Origin: Oscillospiraceae bacterium
Lineage (GTDB): Bacteria; Bacillota; Clostridia; Oscillospirales; Oscillospiraceae
Direction: 5' to 3'
DNA length: 64,000 bases
NCBI GenBank assembly: GCA_017538965.1
Contig: JAFYHU010000053.1
Coordinates: forward strand, 4,210-68,209
The translations under genes and the position numbers were made by a program. Below, piece after piece: positions 34,320 through 44,152 of this stretch; position 1 is the first letter of the stretch; every line of letters begins with the position of its first letter. The notes below the pieces were generated by a model. The model made no database searches. It was not told the DNA's origin and was given only the letters and a program-made list of their open reading frames with translations.

Positions 34320-35969
34320 ATGATTTCCGAATGGATCGAAAAAGCGTCTGCCGGAGAGGCGGTCTGGATGTCGGATCTTCGCGCTGCCTTTTCCGAGGAT
34401 CCCGGGGCTGTCCTGCTTCCCGTCCGCCTGCATCCGGTCCGGGGCGGCCTGCTCGATCTTCCCTGTTATCTCCCGCGCTGGCAGAATCCCGAAGAACGGC
34501 GCTTTGTCGAGGAGTATTTTTTCGCCTTTGTCTATAACCTGCTGTCCGTCTGCAGCGGGCAGTCCCTGAGCTTCTTCGCCGACCCCGGTGACCGGCAGAC
34601 GGCCGAACTGCTGGAGACCTTTTCCCGGGCTTTCGGGATCGGTGCCGAAAACCGGCAGAGGCGGGGTTACGGCAAGGTCATCAACATTGCCGAGCGTCTC
34701 TGCGCCGCGGAAGGCCTCCCGCCTTTTTCGGTGTCGGTGCTCCCCGTCGAGACCTATGTCCCTGCCGGCAGGCCTGCCCGCGACCCCTCCGCCGACCTGC
34801 CGGAGCGTCTGCAGCGCTGCTGCCGTGACGCCGGGGACAGGATCCTCTGCGGCGTGGACATCGGCGGGACCGATATCAAGCTTGCGCTCTCGGTAAAGGG
34901 CCGGCTGGTCTGCCTCGGGGAGTACGACTGGAACCCCGCGGCCTGCACCTCCGCCGAGGAGATTCTGAACCCCGTTTATGAGCAGATTGACCTGCTCCGC
35001 CGTTCCGCGGAAAAACTCTGCTCCCCGGGGGAGCCGCTTCTGTTCAATGCCATCGGCATCAGTTTCCCGGACATCGTGATCGAAGACCGCATTCTGGGAG
35101 GCGAGACACCGAAAACGGACGGTCTCCGCCGACGCTTCGGGGCCGACTATGACCGCGAATTTGCCAAAATCGGCCGTCTGGATGAGCGGCTGAGGCCGCT
35201 CTGCCGGCCCGGGGCTGAAATCCGCATCCTGAACGACGGCAACATGGCGGCCTTCACCGCCGCGATGGAGCTGGCTGCCGATGCCGAGCCCCCTTCCCTC
35301 CGGAACGGCCTCATCGCGCACAGTCTGGGCACGGATCTCGGAACCGGCTGGCTACTGCCGGACGGCAGCGTTCCGCCTCTTCCGCTGGAATGCTATGATC
35401 TGATTCTCGACCTCGGCAGCCGCCCCGCCATGGCGCTTCCCCCGGAGGATCTCCGCGCTGTCCGGAACCGGAATTCCGGTCTGCCGGGCGCGCGGCGCTA
35501 TCTCGGGCAGGCCGCCGCGTTCCGCCTGGCACAGGAGCTGGATCCGGAGATGCTTGCCGGTTTTACGGCGGAGGAGGACGGCTGCCTGACCGTCCGTACC
35601 GAGCCCGAGGACCTGCGCAAGCCCTGCCTGGAACACCTGATGCAGCTTGCCGACCGCGGCAGACCCGAGGCCCGCGAAATTTTCCGCCGCATCGGTTTTC
35701 ATCTGGGCATGCTCAGCCGCGAGATGGACTTTCTGCTCAGACCGGAGACGGACGAGCGCTATCTTTACGGGCGCTTCGTGAAATCGGAGACCTGCTTCCG
35801 GCTGATCCGGGACGGCTGCCGCGAGGGCATGCGGGAGCTGAAGCTGGTTGCGGCGGATGAAAATCTTGCGCACAGCCCGCTGATGAAGGCGCTCTCCGCG
35901 CGGCGCGACGGCACGGTTGCGCAGTTCGGACAGGCCGTCGGCGCGCTCTACTGGGCGGTGTTCCGCTGA
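34320..35969 (+). CDS. ASKHA-fold (ROK/sugar-kinase-like) protein with an N-terminal extension
   Basis: ILCGVDIGGTDIKLAL is a phosphate-1 motif of ROK/actin-like ATPases, and LGTDLGTGW is a likely phosphate-2/adenosine region. Specificity is unknown. Confidence 0.5.
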   Translation: MISEWIEKASAGEAVWMSDLRAAFSEDPGAVLLPVRLHPVRGGLLDLPCYLPRWQNPEERRFVEEYFFAFVYNLLSVCSGQSLSFFADPGDRQTAELLETFSRAFGIGAENRQRRGYGKVINIAERLCAAEGLPPFSVSVLPVETYVPAGRPARDPSADLPERLQRCCRDAGDRILCGVDIGGTDIKLALSVKGRLVCLGEYDWNPAACTSAEEILNPVYEQIDLLRRSAEKLCSPGEPLLFNAIGISFPDIVIEDRILGGETPKTDGLRRRFGADYDREFAKIGRLDERLRPLCRPGAEIRILNDGNMAAFTAAMELAADAEPPSLRNGLIAHSLGTDLGTGWLLPDGSVPPLPLECYDLILDLGSRPAMALPPEDLRAVRNRNSGLPGARRYLGQAAAFRLAQELDPEMLAGFTAEEDGCLTVRTEPEDLRKPCLEHLMQLADRGRPEAREIFRRIGFHLGMLSREMDFLLRPETDERYLYGRFVKSETCFRLIRDGCREGMRELKLVAADENLAHSPLMKALSARRDGTVAQFGQAVGALYWAVFR

Positions 35970-35984
35970 GACGTCAGGAGGAAA

Positions 35985-36027
35985 CCCCCTGGGTATAGAA
36001 ATTTTCTATATCCAGGGGCGTTTTTTT
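35985..36027 (+). terminator. rho-independent terminator
   Basis: Long stem cccctgggtatagaaa / tttctatatccagggg followed by ttttttt. Confidence 0.65.
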
Positions 36028-36113
36028 ATTTCCTTTTCCGCAGGGATATCCTTTACAATAAAAGCAGGTTCAGCTCCGCTGAATACAAAAATACTTTTTA
36101 AGGAGGAATTCAA

Positions 36114-37724
36114 ATGGCAATGGAAATCAGCAGACGTTCCTTTCTGAAAGGCGCGGCGGCCACCGGTGTCGTTGCGGCGCTCAGCTCGATCGGCATTTCG
36201 GCCGCGGCTGAAGAAGAAGCGAAGGAAGCCGGAAGAAGCTTCCTGCCGCAGGAGAAGTACGACATCGCCGAAGAGAAGGACTTTGACGTCGTCGTAGTCG
36301 GCGGCGGCGGCGGCGGTATGACCGCGGCGATCCGCTCCGCAGAGCTCGGCATGAACACCGTCCTGCTCGAGAAGTGCGCCGTTACGGGCGGCACGACCCT
36401 CTTCACCGAAGGCCTCTTCGCCATCAACAGCCACTTCCAGAAGGAGAACGGCAAGAACCCGCCGGATCTGGGCTACGACATTTTCACCATGGCGATGGAC
36501 TATCACCACTGGTATGCCGACGGCACCCTGTTCCGCAAGTACATCGACAAGTCCGGCGAGAACATCGACTGGCTCGAGAGCGTCGGCGTCGAGTTCCGCG
36601 GCACCGGCACCATGTGCGCCAACGAGTACAACACCTGGCACCAGTACAAGTATGAAGAAGGCCAGATCTCCGGCAGAACCTATGTCGACAATCTGACCAA
36701 GGCTGTCACGGAGAAGGGGGGCACCCTCGTCCTCAACAGCGAAGCCGTCAACATCGTCCAGGCGGACGACGGCACCGTCACCGGCATCATCGCCAAAGAA
36801 GGCGACAAGTACATCCAGTACAACGCCGCGAAGGGTGTCATCCTCGCCACCGGCGGCTATGCCGACTGCCCGGACCTGATCCGCGAGTTCGGCAAGAACC
36901 CCGACCGTATCGATCCCATGGGTGCCGGCAACCGCAACGGCTTCGGCATCTATGCCGCCCGTCAGGCCGGCGGCACCATGGCTCCGTCTCCCGGCTGCCT
37001 GATGTTCTACGGCGGCTGCATCCCCGGCATCATGTACGGCACGCACCTCTACTGCGCCTCTGCCTTCCAGCCCTACTTCTGGATCAATCAGGACTGCAAC
37101 CGCTTCGTCAACGAGTATTATGCCGAGCGCAACTTCTGCTTCTCGGGCAATGCCCAGAGCATGCAGGACCGCGTCATCTCGATCGTGACTCAAGCCCAGA
37201 TGGACAGAATGTACACGGAGGGCGGCACCTTCGGCTGCGGCGAGTACATCCATGCGGGCGAGCCTCTGACTGAGCTGTGGGATCAGTTCAACGCGCAGAA
37301 GGAAGCCGGCAACAAGAGCGTCCACGGTCCGATGGAGACGCTCGACGATGTCGCGGAAGAGCTCGGCCTCGATGCCGATGCCCTGAAGGCCTCCATTGAG
37401 AAGTACAACGGCTTCTGCGAGAAGGGCGTTGACGAAGAGTTCTCCAAGGCGAATGAGTACCTCTTCGCGCTGGAGGAAGGTCCCTACTATGCCTTCGAGC
37501 TGATGACCGGCATTTTTGCCTCGGTCGGCGGCATGAAGATCAACACCGATGCCCAGGTTCTCGATGAGAACAAGCAGCCGATTCCGCACCTGTATGCTGT
37601 CGGCAACGACGCCGGCGGTCTGTACGGCGACGCCTACGACGTCAGCATCTGCGAAGGCTCCTGCCAGGGCTTCGCGGTGTTCAGCGGCAAGACGGCAGCC
37701 GAGCATATCGCGGCGAACAACTGA
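36114..37724 (+). CDS. Tat-exported FAD-dependent reductase (fumarate/urocanate-reductase flavoprotein-like)
   Basis: Twin-arginine signal SRRSFLKGAAATGVVAAL. FAD dinucleotide motif DVVVVGGGGGGMTAAIRSAELG. FAD_binding_2-type body ending in LYAVGNDAGG. Confidence 0.8.
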   Translation: MAMEISRRSFLKGAAATGVVAALSSIGISAAAEEEAKEAGRSFLPQEKYDIAEEKDFDVVVVGGGGGGMTAAIRSAELGMNTVLLEKCAVTGGTTLFTEGLFAINSHFQKENGKNPPDLGYDIFTMAMDYHHWYADGTLFRKYIDKSGENIDWLESVGVEFRGTGTMCANEYNTWHQYKYEEGQISGRTYVDNLTKAVTEKGGTLVLNSEAVNIVQADDGTVTGIIAKEGDKYIQYNAAKGVILATGGYADCPDLIREFGKNPDRIDPMGAGNRNGFGIYAARQAGGTMAPSPGCLMFYGGCIPGIMYGTHLYCASAFQPYFWINQDCNRFVNEYYAERNFCFSGNAQSMQDRVISIVTQAQMDRMYTEGGTFGCGEYIHAGEPLTELWDQFNAQKEAGNKSVHGPMETLDDVAEELGLDADALKASIEKYNGFCEKGVDEEFSKANEYLFALEEGPYYAFELMTGIFASVGGMKINTDAQVLDENKQPIPHLYAVGNDAGGLYGDAYDVSICEGSCQGFAVFSGKTAAEHIAANN

Positions 37725-37872
37725 TCCGGTCCGTCACCGGTTCCGTACAATTCACATAAGCAACCGGCCTGATCCGGGGAGCATTCCCCGGATCGGCCCG
37801 GGATTCTGTTGTATTCCGGCGGCCCTTCGTTTATAATGGGATCAGGTGTCTGACAGGGGGGCGAAAAATCAA

Positions 37873-38760
37873 ATGGATTTTTTCAGGATTGAGTGCTTTC
37901 TGGCGGCAGCCGAGACCGGAAGCATGACGAAAGCGGCGGAGAAGATGTGCATTACACAGCCTTCCATGTCCTTTCAGATTCGCGAACTGGAACGGGAACT
38001 CCAGATTCCCCTGTTTGACAGGGACTACAAGGGGATCCGCTTGACGGAAGCCGGAAGAATCATGCAGACCGGGTTTATCCATATCCTGGAGAGCTACCGG
38101 AAGCTTCTGGACAACGCGCTTGCCTGCGCGTACGGAAAGCTCCGGCTGACGATCGGCTATCACGGTTTCATCAACTGGGCGGGCATCCACAGCTTTATCG
38201 CGGGTTTTTCCGACCGCCATCCGGAGATGGAGGTGGTTGTGATCCAGCAGCAGTGGAAGGAACTTGCCGACTACCTGGAAATCGGCGCCCTGGATATCGC
38301 CTTTCTCGAGACCTCGGAGCTCCGCGGCCGGGACAGGCTGGCGGCCTTCGAGCTCTTCCGGGAACAGACCTGCTTTGCGCTCCGGCGCTCCCACCCGCTG
38401 GCAAAGTACGAGCGCGTAACGGTCGATCAGATTGCCGATGAGACCATCCTGATGAACAATCATCCGTCCTCGTCGATGCAGGAGATGGTCCGGAATCTGT
38501 ATGAGTCGGGACTGAAAAAAGAACAGTTCCGCTTTTCCGATCAGCTTGAAGTAACCCTGTCCATGGCCGCGACAGGCCAGGGGATCACCTCTCTGCCCAT
38601 GTCTTTCATTCAGAGAGACGTCGATCTCGCCTATGTCGAATACGATACGCCCGCCTGCCACATGTCCTACTCGCTCGCCTGGAACTCCGCCACGGTCAAC
38701 CCGGCCGTGAAGCTGTTCTGCGGAGAGGTAAGCCGTGCCGCATGGCCGTATCACGCCTGA
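37873..38760 (+). CDS. LysR family transcriptional regulator
   Basis: MDFFRIECFLAAAETGSMTKAAEKMCITQPSMSFQIRELERELQIPLFDR is a canonical LysR HTH. Start trimmed to ATG 37873. Confidence 0.85.
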   Translation: MDFFRIECFLAAAETGSMTKAAEKMCITQPSMSFQIRELERELQIPLFDRDYKGIRLTEAGRIMQTGFIHILESYRKLLDNALACAYGKLRLTIGYHGFINWAGIHSFIAGFSDRHPEMEVVVIQQQWKELADYLEIGALDIAFLETSELRGRDRLAAFELFREQTCFALRRSHPLAKYERVTVDQIADETILMNNHPSSSMQEMVRNLYESGLKKEQFRFSDQLEVTLSMAATGQGITSLPMSFIQRDVDLAYVEYDTPACHMSYSLAWNSATVNPAVKLFCGEVSRAAWPYHA

Positions 38761-38830
38761 TCGCCGCCGTCCCAAATTGATCAATAACAGCCGCAGAAAG
38801 GCAAAAATAGAAAAGAGGGAGATTATCACC

Positions 38831-39505
38831 ATGAAAAAACTCACCGCATTGTTTCTGATCCTTGCGCTTGCGCTGACCCTTTCCTGCACGGCGTTTGCCG
38901 ATGACGCGCTTCCCGCGTCGGAGCCCGATGAGAACGATATGTTCGGTGTCGACAAGAACATCAACATGGCGACGCTGGACAATTATCTCGGCCGCGACGA
39001 TGTCGTCTACCGCGATGTCCGCATGCTCTTTGACCCGGCGGATTATGCCGCCATCGGCGGCAACGCGGATCTGGCCTCGACGGTCGAAGGCTTCCGCATT
39101 GTCCCCTATCCCTACCTCGCGACCCTTTCCGCGCTTCCCGTTGACGGCGCCTATGATGCCGAAACGCTCTTCACCCTGACCTGGAACGAGGACGGCAGCA
39201 TCGCGACCGCCGAGCCGAATTATGAAGAGTCCATGCTGGTGCTGGAGGACTGCTTCCCGAAGGACAAGCCCATCTTCCTGATGTGCGGCGGCGGCGGTTA
39301 TGCGGGCATGACCAAGTCCCTGCTGATCTTCCTGGGCTGGGATCCCGAACTGCTGTACAATGTCGGCGGCAACTGGGCCTACCAGGGCGACCACGGCGTT
39401 GAGCTGATCGAATACTCCGAAGATGCCGACGGCAATGACTTCTTCTGCACCTGGCGCGCGGACTATGCCCTGATCGACTTTACGCGTCTGCATCCTGTGG
39501 CATGA
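38831..39505 (+). CDS. secreted protein, possibly rhodanese-like
   Basis: Signal peptide MKKLTALFLILALALTLSCTAFA. FLMCGGGGYAGMTKSLLIFLGW resembles a rhodanese active-site loop. Start trimmed to ATG 38831. Confidence 0.45.
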   Translation: MKKLTALFLILALALTLSCTAFADDALPASEPDENDMFGVDKNINMATLDNYLGRDDVVYRDVRMLFDPADYAAIGGNADLASTVEGFRIVPYPYLATLSALPVDGAYDAETLFTLTWNEDGSIATAEPNYEESMLVLEDCFPKDKPIFLMCGGGGYAGMTKSLLIFLGWDPELLYNVGGNWAYQGDHGVELIEYSEDADGNDFFCTWRADYALIDFTRLHPVA

Positions 39506-40080
39506 AAACTCTCCGGCTGATTGCCTGTCTGGTCGGCATCGCCTGCATGCTTGCCTGCGCCGCGGGGATATCTGCGTTCGCGGAAGTGAAAACCTTCAAG
39601 TACACGCAGTATGCAAGCGGCGGAACGCCGACCGAACTGGACGCGGTGATCTTGTTTGAAAACAAGAACAAGACCTTCACCAAGTACCAGGTGGCCTATA
39701 CCTCCTGCACCTGCCGCGGTCCGGAGACGAATTACAGCTCCGTGATGTATATCGAGCTGCTCAATACCAAGGACACGCCGGAAGAGGCGTCGATCCGCCG
39801 GATCAGCTTCGGCCAGGTCGACAATCTCACACCCGGCCTGTGGGGAGACAGCAGCCCGATCATGGGGCATCCCGAGTACACGGCGGAATACATGGACGAG
39901 CACCTTGTCCAGCCGATGGTCGGCGCGACCAAGGCCCAGTTTGACAGCTGGGAAGGCTACGGCAGCGTCATCGACGCGATTGACGCCGACGCGGTCAGCG
40001 GCGCGACCGTCTCCACAAGCAACATGACTTCCGTGATCAGAGAGCTTTTTCAGTATCACGCCGATAAATATTACAAGTAA
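39502..40080 (+). CDS. secreted FMN-binding-domain protein (ApbE flavinylation motif)
   Basis: Has a signal peptide. The C-terminal DADAVSGATVSTSNMTSVI matches the FMN_bind [S/T]GA[T/S] flavinylation motif of RnfG/NqrC-type domains. Confidence 0.65.
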   Translation: MKTLRLIACLVGIACMLACAAGISAFAEVKTFKYTQYASGGTPTELDAVILFENKNKTFTKYQVAYTSCTCRGPETNYSSVMYIELLNTKDTPEEASIRRISFGQVDNLTPGLWGDSSPIMGHPEYTAEYMDEHLVQPMVGATKAQFDSWEGYGSVIDAIDADAVSGATVSTSNMTSVIRELFQYHADKYYK

Positions 40081-40221
40081 AGATCGATCAGCGAGGATGC
40101 CGGCGGGAAGCCTTCCGCCGGCGTCTTTTTTGATTGCGAAAAAGCTGGAATAATCCGCGGGAATATGGTAAAATAAAAAATCCCCTGCAACGATTCTTCA
40201 GAACCGCGAGAGGAAAATGGT

Positions 40222-43158
40222 ATGAAACGCTGGAAAAAAGTTCTTGTCCTTGCCCTCTGCGTCCTGCTGATGCTGAGCGTCGCCCTGCCGGCTGCCGCTT
40301 CTGCCCAGGAGAAGGAAGAGAAGGTTGTGCGTGTCGGCTGGTACGAATCGGCCTTCCACCGCACCGACAGCTTCGGGAGGAAGTCCGGCTACGGCTATGA
40401 GTATCAGCAGCGCGTGGCGATCTACACCGGCTGGACCTATGAGTATGTCGAAGGCAGCTGGTCCGAGCTGTTTGAAAAGCTGGTAGCGGGTGAGATTGAC
40501 CTGCTGAGCGACGTGTCCTTCAAGGAAGAGCGGGCCGAAAAGATCCTCTATTCTGCCGAAGCGATGGGCTCGGAGGATTATCATGTCTTCATCGCGCCGG
40601 ACAACACCGAAATCCGGCCGGACGATTTCTCGACCATGAACGGCAAGCGTGTCGGCGTCAACAAGAACAGCATTCAGGAACAGCTCTTTATCGAGTGGGC
40701 GGAGAAGCACGGCGTTACGCCGGAAGTCATTGAGCTGTCCGTCAAGACGCCGGAAATGATCGAGATGCTGCTCAAGGGCGAGATCGACATGCTGGTCACG
40801 CTGGACACCTACGGCAACTCGGGCGTGATCGTGCCGGTGTGCAAGGTCGGCTTCGCGGAATCCTTCTTTGGTATCAACAAGAGACGCCCGGATCTCAAGC
40901 AGGATCTGGACGTCGCGATGAACCGCATCCTCGAGGACAACCGCGACTTTAACCAGCAGATGACCGAGAAGTTCAACAAATCCAGCGCCGTCAACAGCTT
41001 CCTCACGACCGAAGAGGTGAACTGGGTCACGGAGCACGGCACCATCCGCGTGGGCTATCGGGATAACTTCCTGCCCTTCTGCGTCCTGGATGCCGAAACC
41101 AACGAGCTCACCGGCGCGCTGGCGGACTATCTGAAGTTCGCCGAGACCTGTGAGAAGAATGCGGAGCTGAAGTTTGAGACACGGGCTTTCGGGTCTACGG
41201 AAGAAGCGCTGCAGGCGCTGAACGCCGGCGAAATCGACTGTGTGTTCCCGCTGGGTGTCAGCGCCTATGACGGCGAACAGAGAGGAATCATCATCACCGA
41301 CCCCTTTGTCAGCACCGAGATGTACGCGACCGTCCGGACGAGCGACCACCGGGGCGTCTCGCCGGAAATCGGCATGACCGCGGCGCTCGTCAAGGGAAAT
41401 CCCAGCTATGAGAGCTTTCTGATGGATTATTTCCCCGCGTGGCAGGTGGCGTCTTACGACGATGCCGACTCCGCCTTCCGCGCGGTCGCATCCGGAGAAG
41501 CGGACTGCGGCCTGGTGAGCAACTACCGCATCAGCTATCTGGGAGATGTGCTGGTAAAATACAAGCTGACGCCTCTCACCACCGGCGAAACCATGGACAT
41601 GGCCTTTGCCCTGCGGCGGGGGGACGACTGCCTGTATTCGATCCTGAACAAGATCAACCATCTGATCCCGGATACGGCGGTCAACACCTCTCTGACCAAC
41701 AATGCCTTTGAGGAAAAACAGGTCACCTTCCTGGAATATCTGAGAGCGAACCTCGCCAGCGTCATTGCGGTCGCCGCCGTCATCGTTGCGCTGATTCTGT
41801 TCCTGCTGCTCAAGAGCGCGCAGGCGGAGTCAAAGGCCAGCGAAGGCAGACAGATCATCTCGGAAACCGAGCACGACAATCTGACCCAGCTCTATAACCG
41901 GAACTTCTTCATCGTCTATGCCAACCGGCTTTACCGGGAGCATCCGGAAAAGCATATGGATGCGATCGTCCTGAATATCGAGCGCTTCCACAGTCTGAAC
42001 TCCCTGAACGGCCGCGACTACGGCAACGAGGTGCTGCGCACCCTGGGCGAAGAAGTGGAGAATTTCCTTGCCGAGACGGGCGGCATCGGCGCCCGCATGG
42101 AGGGCGATACCTTCGAGCTCTACTGTCCCTCTCAGGAGAATCCTCAGGCGCTGCTGGACCGCTTCCAGGCGCGCATGGACGAAAAGTACCCGAATGCCGA
42201 TATCCGGCTGCGCATGGGCGTCATGCCCTGGCGCGAAGGCCTCCGGCCCGAGCAGATGTTTGACAGGGCGCGCTCGGCCTGCGGCATGGCGCGCGGCAAT
42301 TTCAAGAATCACCTTGTGGTCTATGACGAGGAAGTCCGCCTGCACGACGAGCTCAGCCAGCATCTGCGCAACGACCTGAGCCGCGCGCTGGAGGAGCACG
42401 AACTGGAGGTATACTACCAGCCCAAGTACGCGATTCAGGAGGAACCGCCGCGGTTGGCGAGCGCCGAGGCGCTGGTGCGCTGGAAGCATCCGACCCTGGG
42501 CACGATTTCGCCGGATCAGTTTATCCCGCTCTTTGAGCAAAGCGGCCAGATCAGCGTGGTGGACAACTATGTCTGGGCGGAAGCGGCCCGGCAGATTGCC
42601 GCGTGGCGTGAACGCTACGGCATCGAGCTCCCGGTTTCGGTGAACCTCTCGCGGGTGGACGTGTTCGAACCCGGACTGATGGATACGCTGGATGCCATCA
42701 TCGAGCAGAACGGGCTGAACCGGAAGGACCTGCTGCTCGAGGTGACCGAATCGGCCTATACCGAGAACGCCGAACAGCTGATCCGCGTCATCAACGAGCT
42801 GCGCGAGAAGGGCTACGAGATCGAGATGGACGACTTCGGCTCGGGCTATTCGTCGCTGAACATGCTCTCGTCGCTGCCGATCGACGTGCTGAAGATGGAC
42901 ATCGGCTTCATCCAGAACATCGAACACAGCGAGCGGGACTTCCATCTGGTCGAACTGATTCTGGACATCGCCAAGTACCTCAAGGTGCCGGTCGTGGCCG
43001 AGGGCGTCGAAACCGGAAACCAGCTGAAGCTGCTGAAGGACGCGGGCTGCGACCTGGTGCAGGGATATTACTTCTCGCGCCCGCTGCCGGCGGAGGAGTT
43101 TGAGCGGAGAATCCTCGGCGCGAAGACGGAAAGCGTCGGCGAAAACCGTCCCCTCTGA
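40222..43158 (+). CDS. sensor protein: two periplasmic SBP_bac_3-like domains - TM - degenerate GGDEF - EAL phosphodiesterase
   Basis: Signal/TM segment, then two SBP type 3 modules. The GGDEF domain begins DNLTQLYNRNFF, but its signature is EGDTF. The EAL domain has EALVRW, DDFGSGYSSL, AEGVET and QGYYFSRP intact. Confidence 0.85.
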   Translation: MKRWKKVLVLALCVLLMLSVALPAAASAQEKEEKVVRVGWYESAFHRTDSFGRKSGYGYEYQQRVAIYTGWTYEYVEGSWSELFEKLVAGEIDLLSDVSFKEERAEKILYSAEAMGSEDYHVFIAPDNTEIRPDDFSTMNGKRVGVNKNSIQEQLFIEWAEKHGVTPEVIELSVKTPEMIEMLLKGEIDMLVTLDTYGNSGVIVPVCKVGFAESFFGINKRRPDLKQDLDVAMNRILEDNRDFNQQMTEKFNKSSAVNSFLTTEEVNWVTEHGTIRVGYRDNFLPFCVLDAETNELTGALADYLKFAETCEKNAELKFETRAFGSTEEALQALNAGEIDCVFPLGVSAYDGEQRGIIITDPFVSTEMYATVRTSDHRGVSPEIGMTAALVKGNPSYESFLMDYFPAWQVASYDDADSAFRAVASGEADCGLVSNYRISYLGDVLVKYKLTPLTTGETMDMAFALRRGDDCLYSILNKINHLIPDTAVNTSLTNNAFEEKQVTFLEYLRANLASVIAVAAVIVALILFLLLKSAQAESKASEGRQIISETEHDNLTQLYNRNFFIVYANRLYREHPEKHMDAIVLNIERFHSLNSLNGRDYGNEVLRTLGEEVENFLAETGGIGARMEGDTFELYCPSQENPQALLDRFQARMDEKYPNADIRLRMGVMPWREGLRPEQMFDRARSACGMARGNFKNHLVVYDEEVRLHDELSQHLRNDLSRALEEHELEVYYQPKYAIQEEPPRLASAEALVRWKHPTLGTISPDQFIPLFEQSGQISVVDNYVWAEAARQIAAWRERYGIELPVSVNLSRVDVFEPGLMDTLDAIIEQNGLNRKDLLLEVTESAYTENAEQLIRVINELREKGYEIEMDDFGSGYSSLNMLSSLPIDVLKMDIGFIQNIEHSERDFHLVELILDIAKYLKVPVVAEGVETGNQLKLLKDAGCDLVQGYYFSRPLPAEEFERRILGAKTESVGENRPL

Positions 43159-43184
43159 GACGGGAACAGTACAGGAGGCCGAAT

Positions 43185-44138
43185 ATGCCGATCGTAGTAG
43201 TCGGAAACGTATTTGTTGACTTCAAGGGCTTCCCGGAGGGGGCCTATCTGCCGGCCGGGCGGAATGCCGGGCGGGTCGAGATTGTCCACGGCGGCGTCGG
43301 AAGGAACGTAGCCGAGGATATCGCCAACGTCGGGATGCCGACGCGCTTTGTGAGCATGGTGGACAACACGGCGCAGGGCGCCGAGGTGCTGCGGAATCTG
43401 CAGAACCGCCGGGTTGACACCAAGTATGTCTCGGTGGTTCCGGACGGCATGGGCATTTGGCTGGCCGTCATGGATCATACCGGCGATGTGGTGGGCTCCA
43501 TCTCAAAGCGGCCGAAGATGGACGCGATGCTGAAGCTGCTGGAGGAACAGGGCGACGACATCTTCTCCGACGCGGCCAGCGTGGTGATCGAGATCGACAT
43601 CGACGACGAGGTGGCGCGGGCTGCCTGCCGCTGTGCCGAGCGGCACGGGGTGCCGGTGATCGCGCTGGTTGCCAACATGAGCATCGCCCTGCAGAGAAGG
43701 GAGCTGATCCAGAAGACACGCTGCTTCATCTGCAACCAGCAGGAAGCCGGCATCTTCTTCGCGGACGACTTTTCGCAGCTGGGTGCCGAAGAGATGGCCG
43801 CGGAGCTCTCCCGCCGCGTACAGGCGGCGCAGCTGCAGTCGATGGTGGTGACCATGGGCTCGGAGGGCGCGGTCTGGGCCGAACTCACCGGCAAAAACGG
43901 CGTATGTCCCCCGGTGCAGGTGCAGGTCTGCGACACCTCGGGCGCGGGCGATGCCTTCTGCGCCGGAGTCAGCGTGGGGCTGAGCTGCGGCAAGAGCCTG
44001 CAGGAGGCCTGCGAGATCGGAACGCGCCTCGCCTCGGCGACCATCACGGTGCCGGAGAGCGTGTGCCCCTGCTTCCGCCCGCAGGAACTGGGCCTCGAAG
44101 CCCTGGAATCCCAGCAGCTGAGCATGTTCGAAAAATGA
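43185..44138 (+). CDS. PfkB-family carbohydrate/nucleoside kinase
   Basis: IVVVGNVFVDF, GGVGRNVAEDIANVG and the C-terminal DTSGAGDAFCAG motif. Confidence 0.8.
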   Translation: MPIVVVGNVFVDFKGFPEGAYLPAGRNAGRVEIVHGGVGRNVAEDIANVGMPTRFVSMVDNTAQGAEVLRNLQNRRVDTKYVSVVPDGMGIWLAVMDHTGDVVGSISKRPKMDAMLKLLEEQGDDIFSDAASVVIEIDIDDEVARAACRCAERHGVPVIALVANMSIALQRRELIQKTRCFICNQQEAGIFFADDFSQLGAEEMAAELSRRVQAAQLQSMVVTMGSEGAVWAELTGKNGVCPPVQVQVCDTSGAGDAFCAGVSVGLSCGKSLQEACEIGTRLASATITVPESVCPCFRPQELGLEALESQQLSMFEK

Positions 44139-44152
44139 GTTGCCCGATCGAA

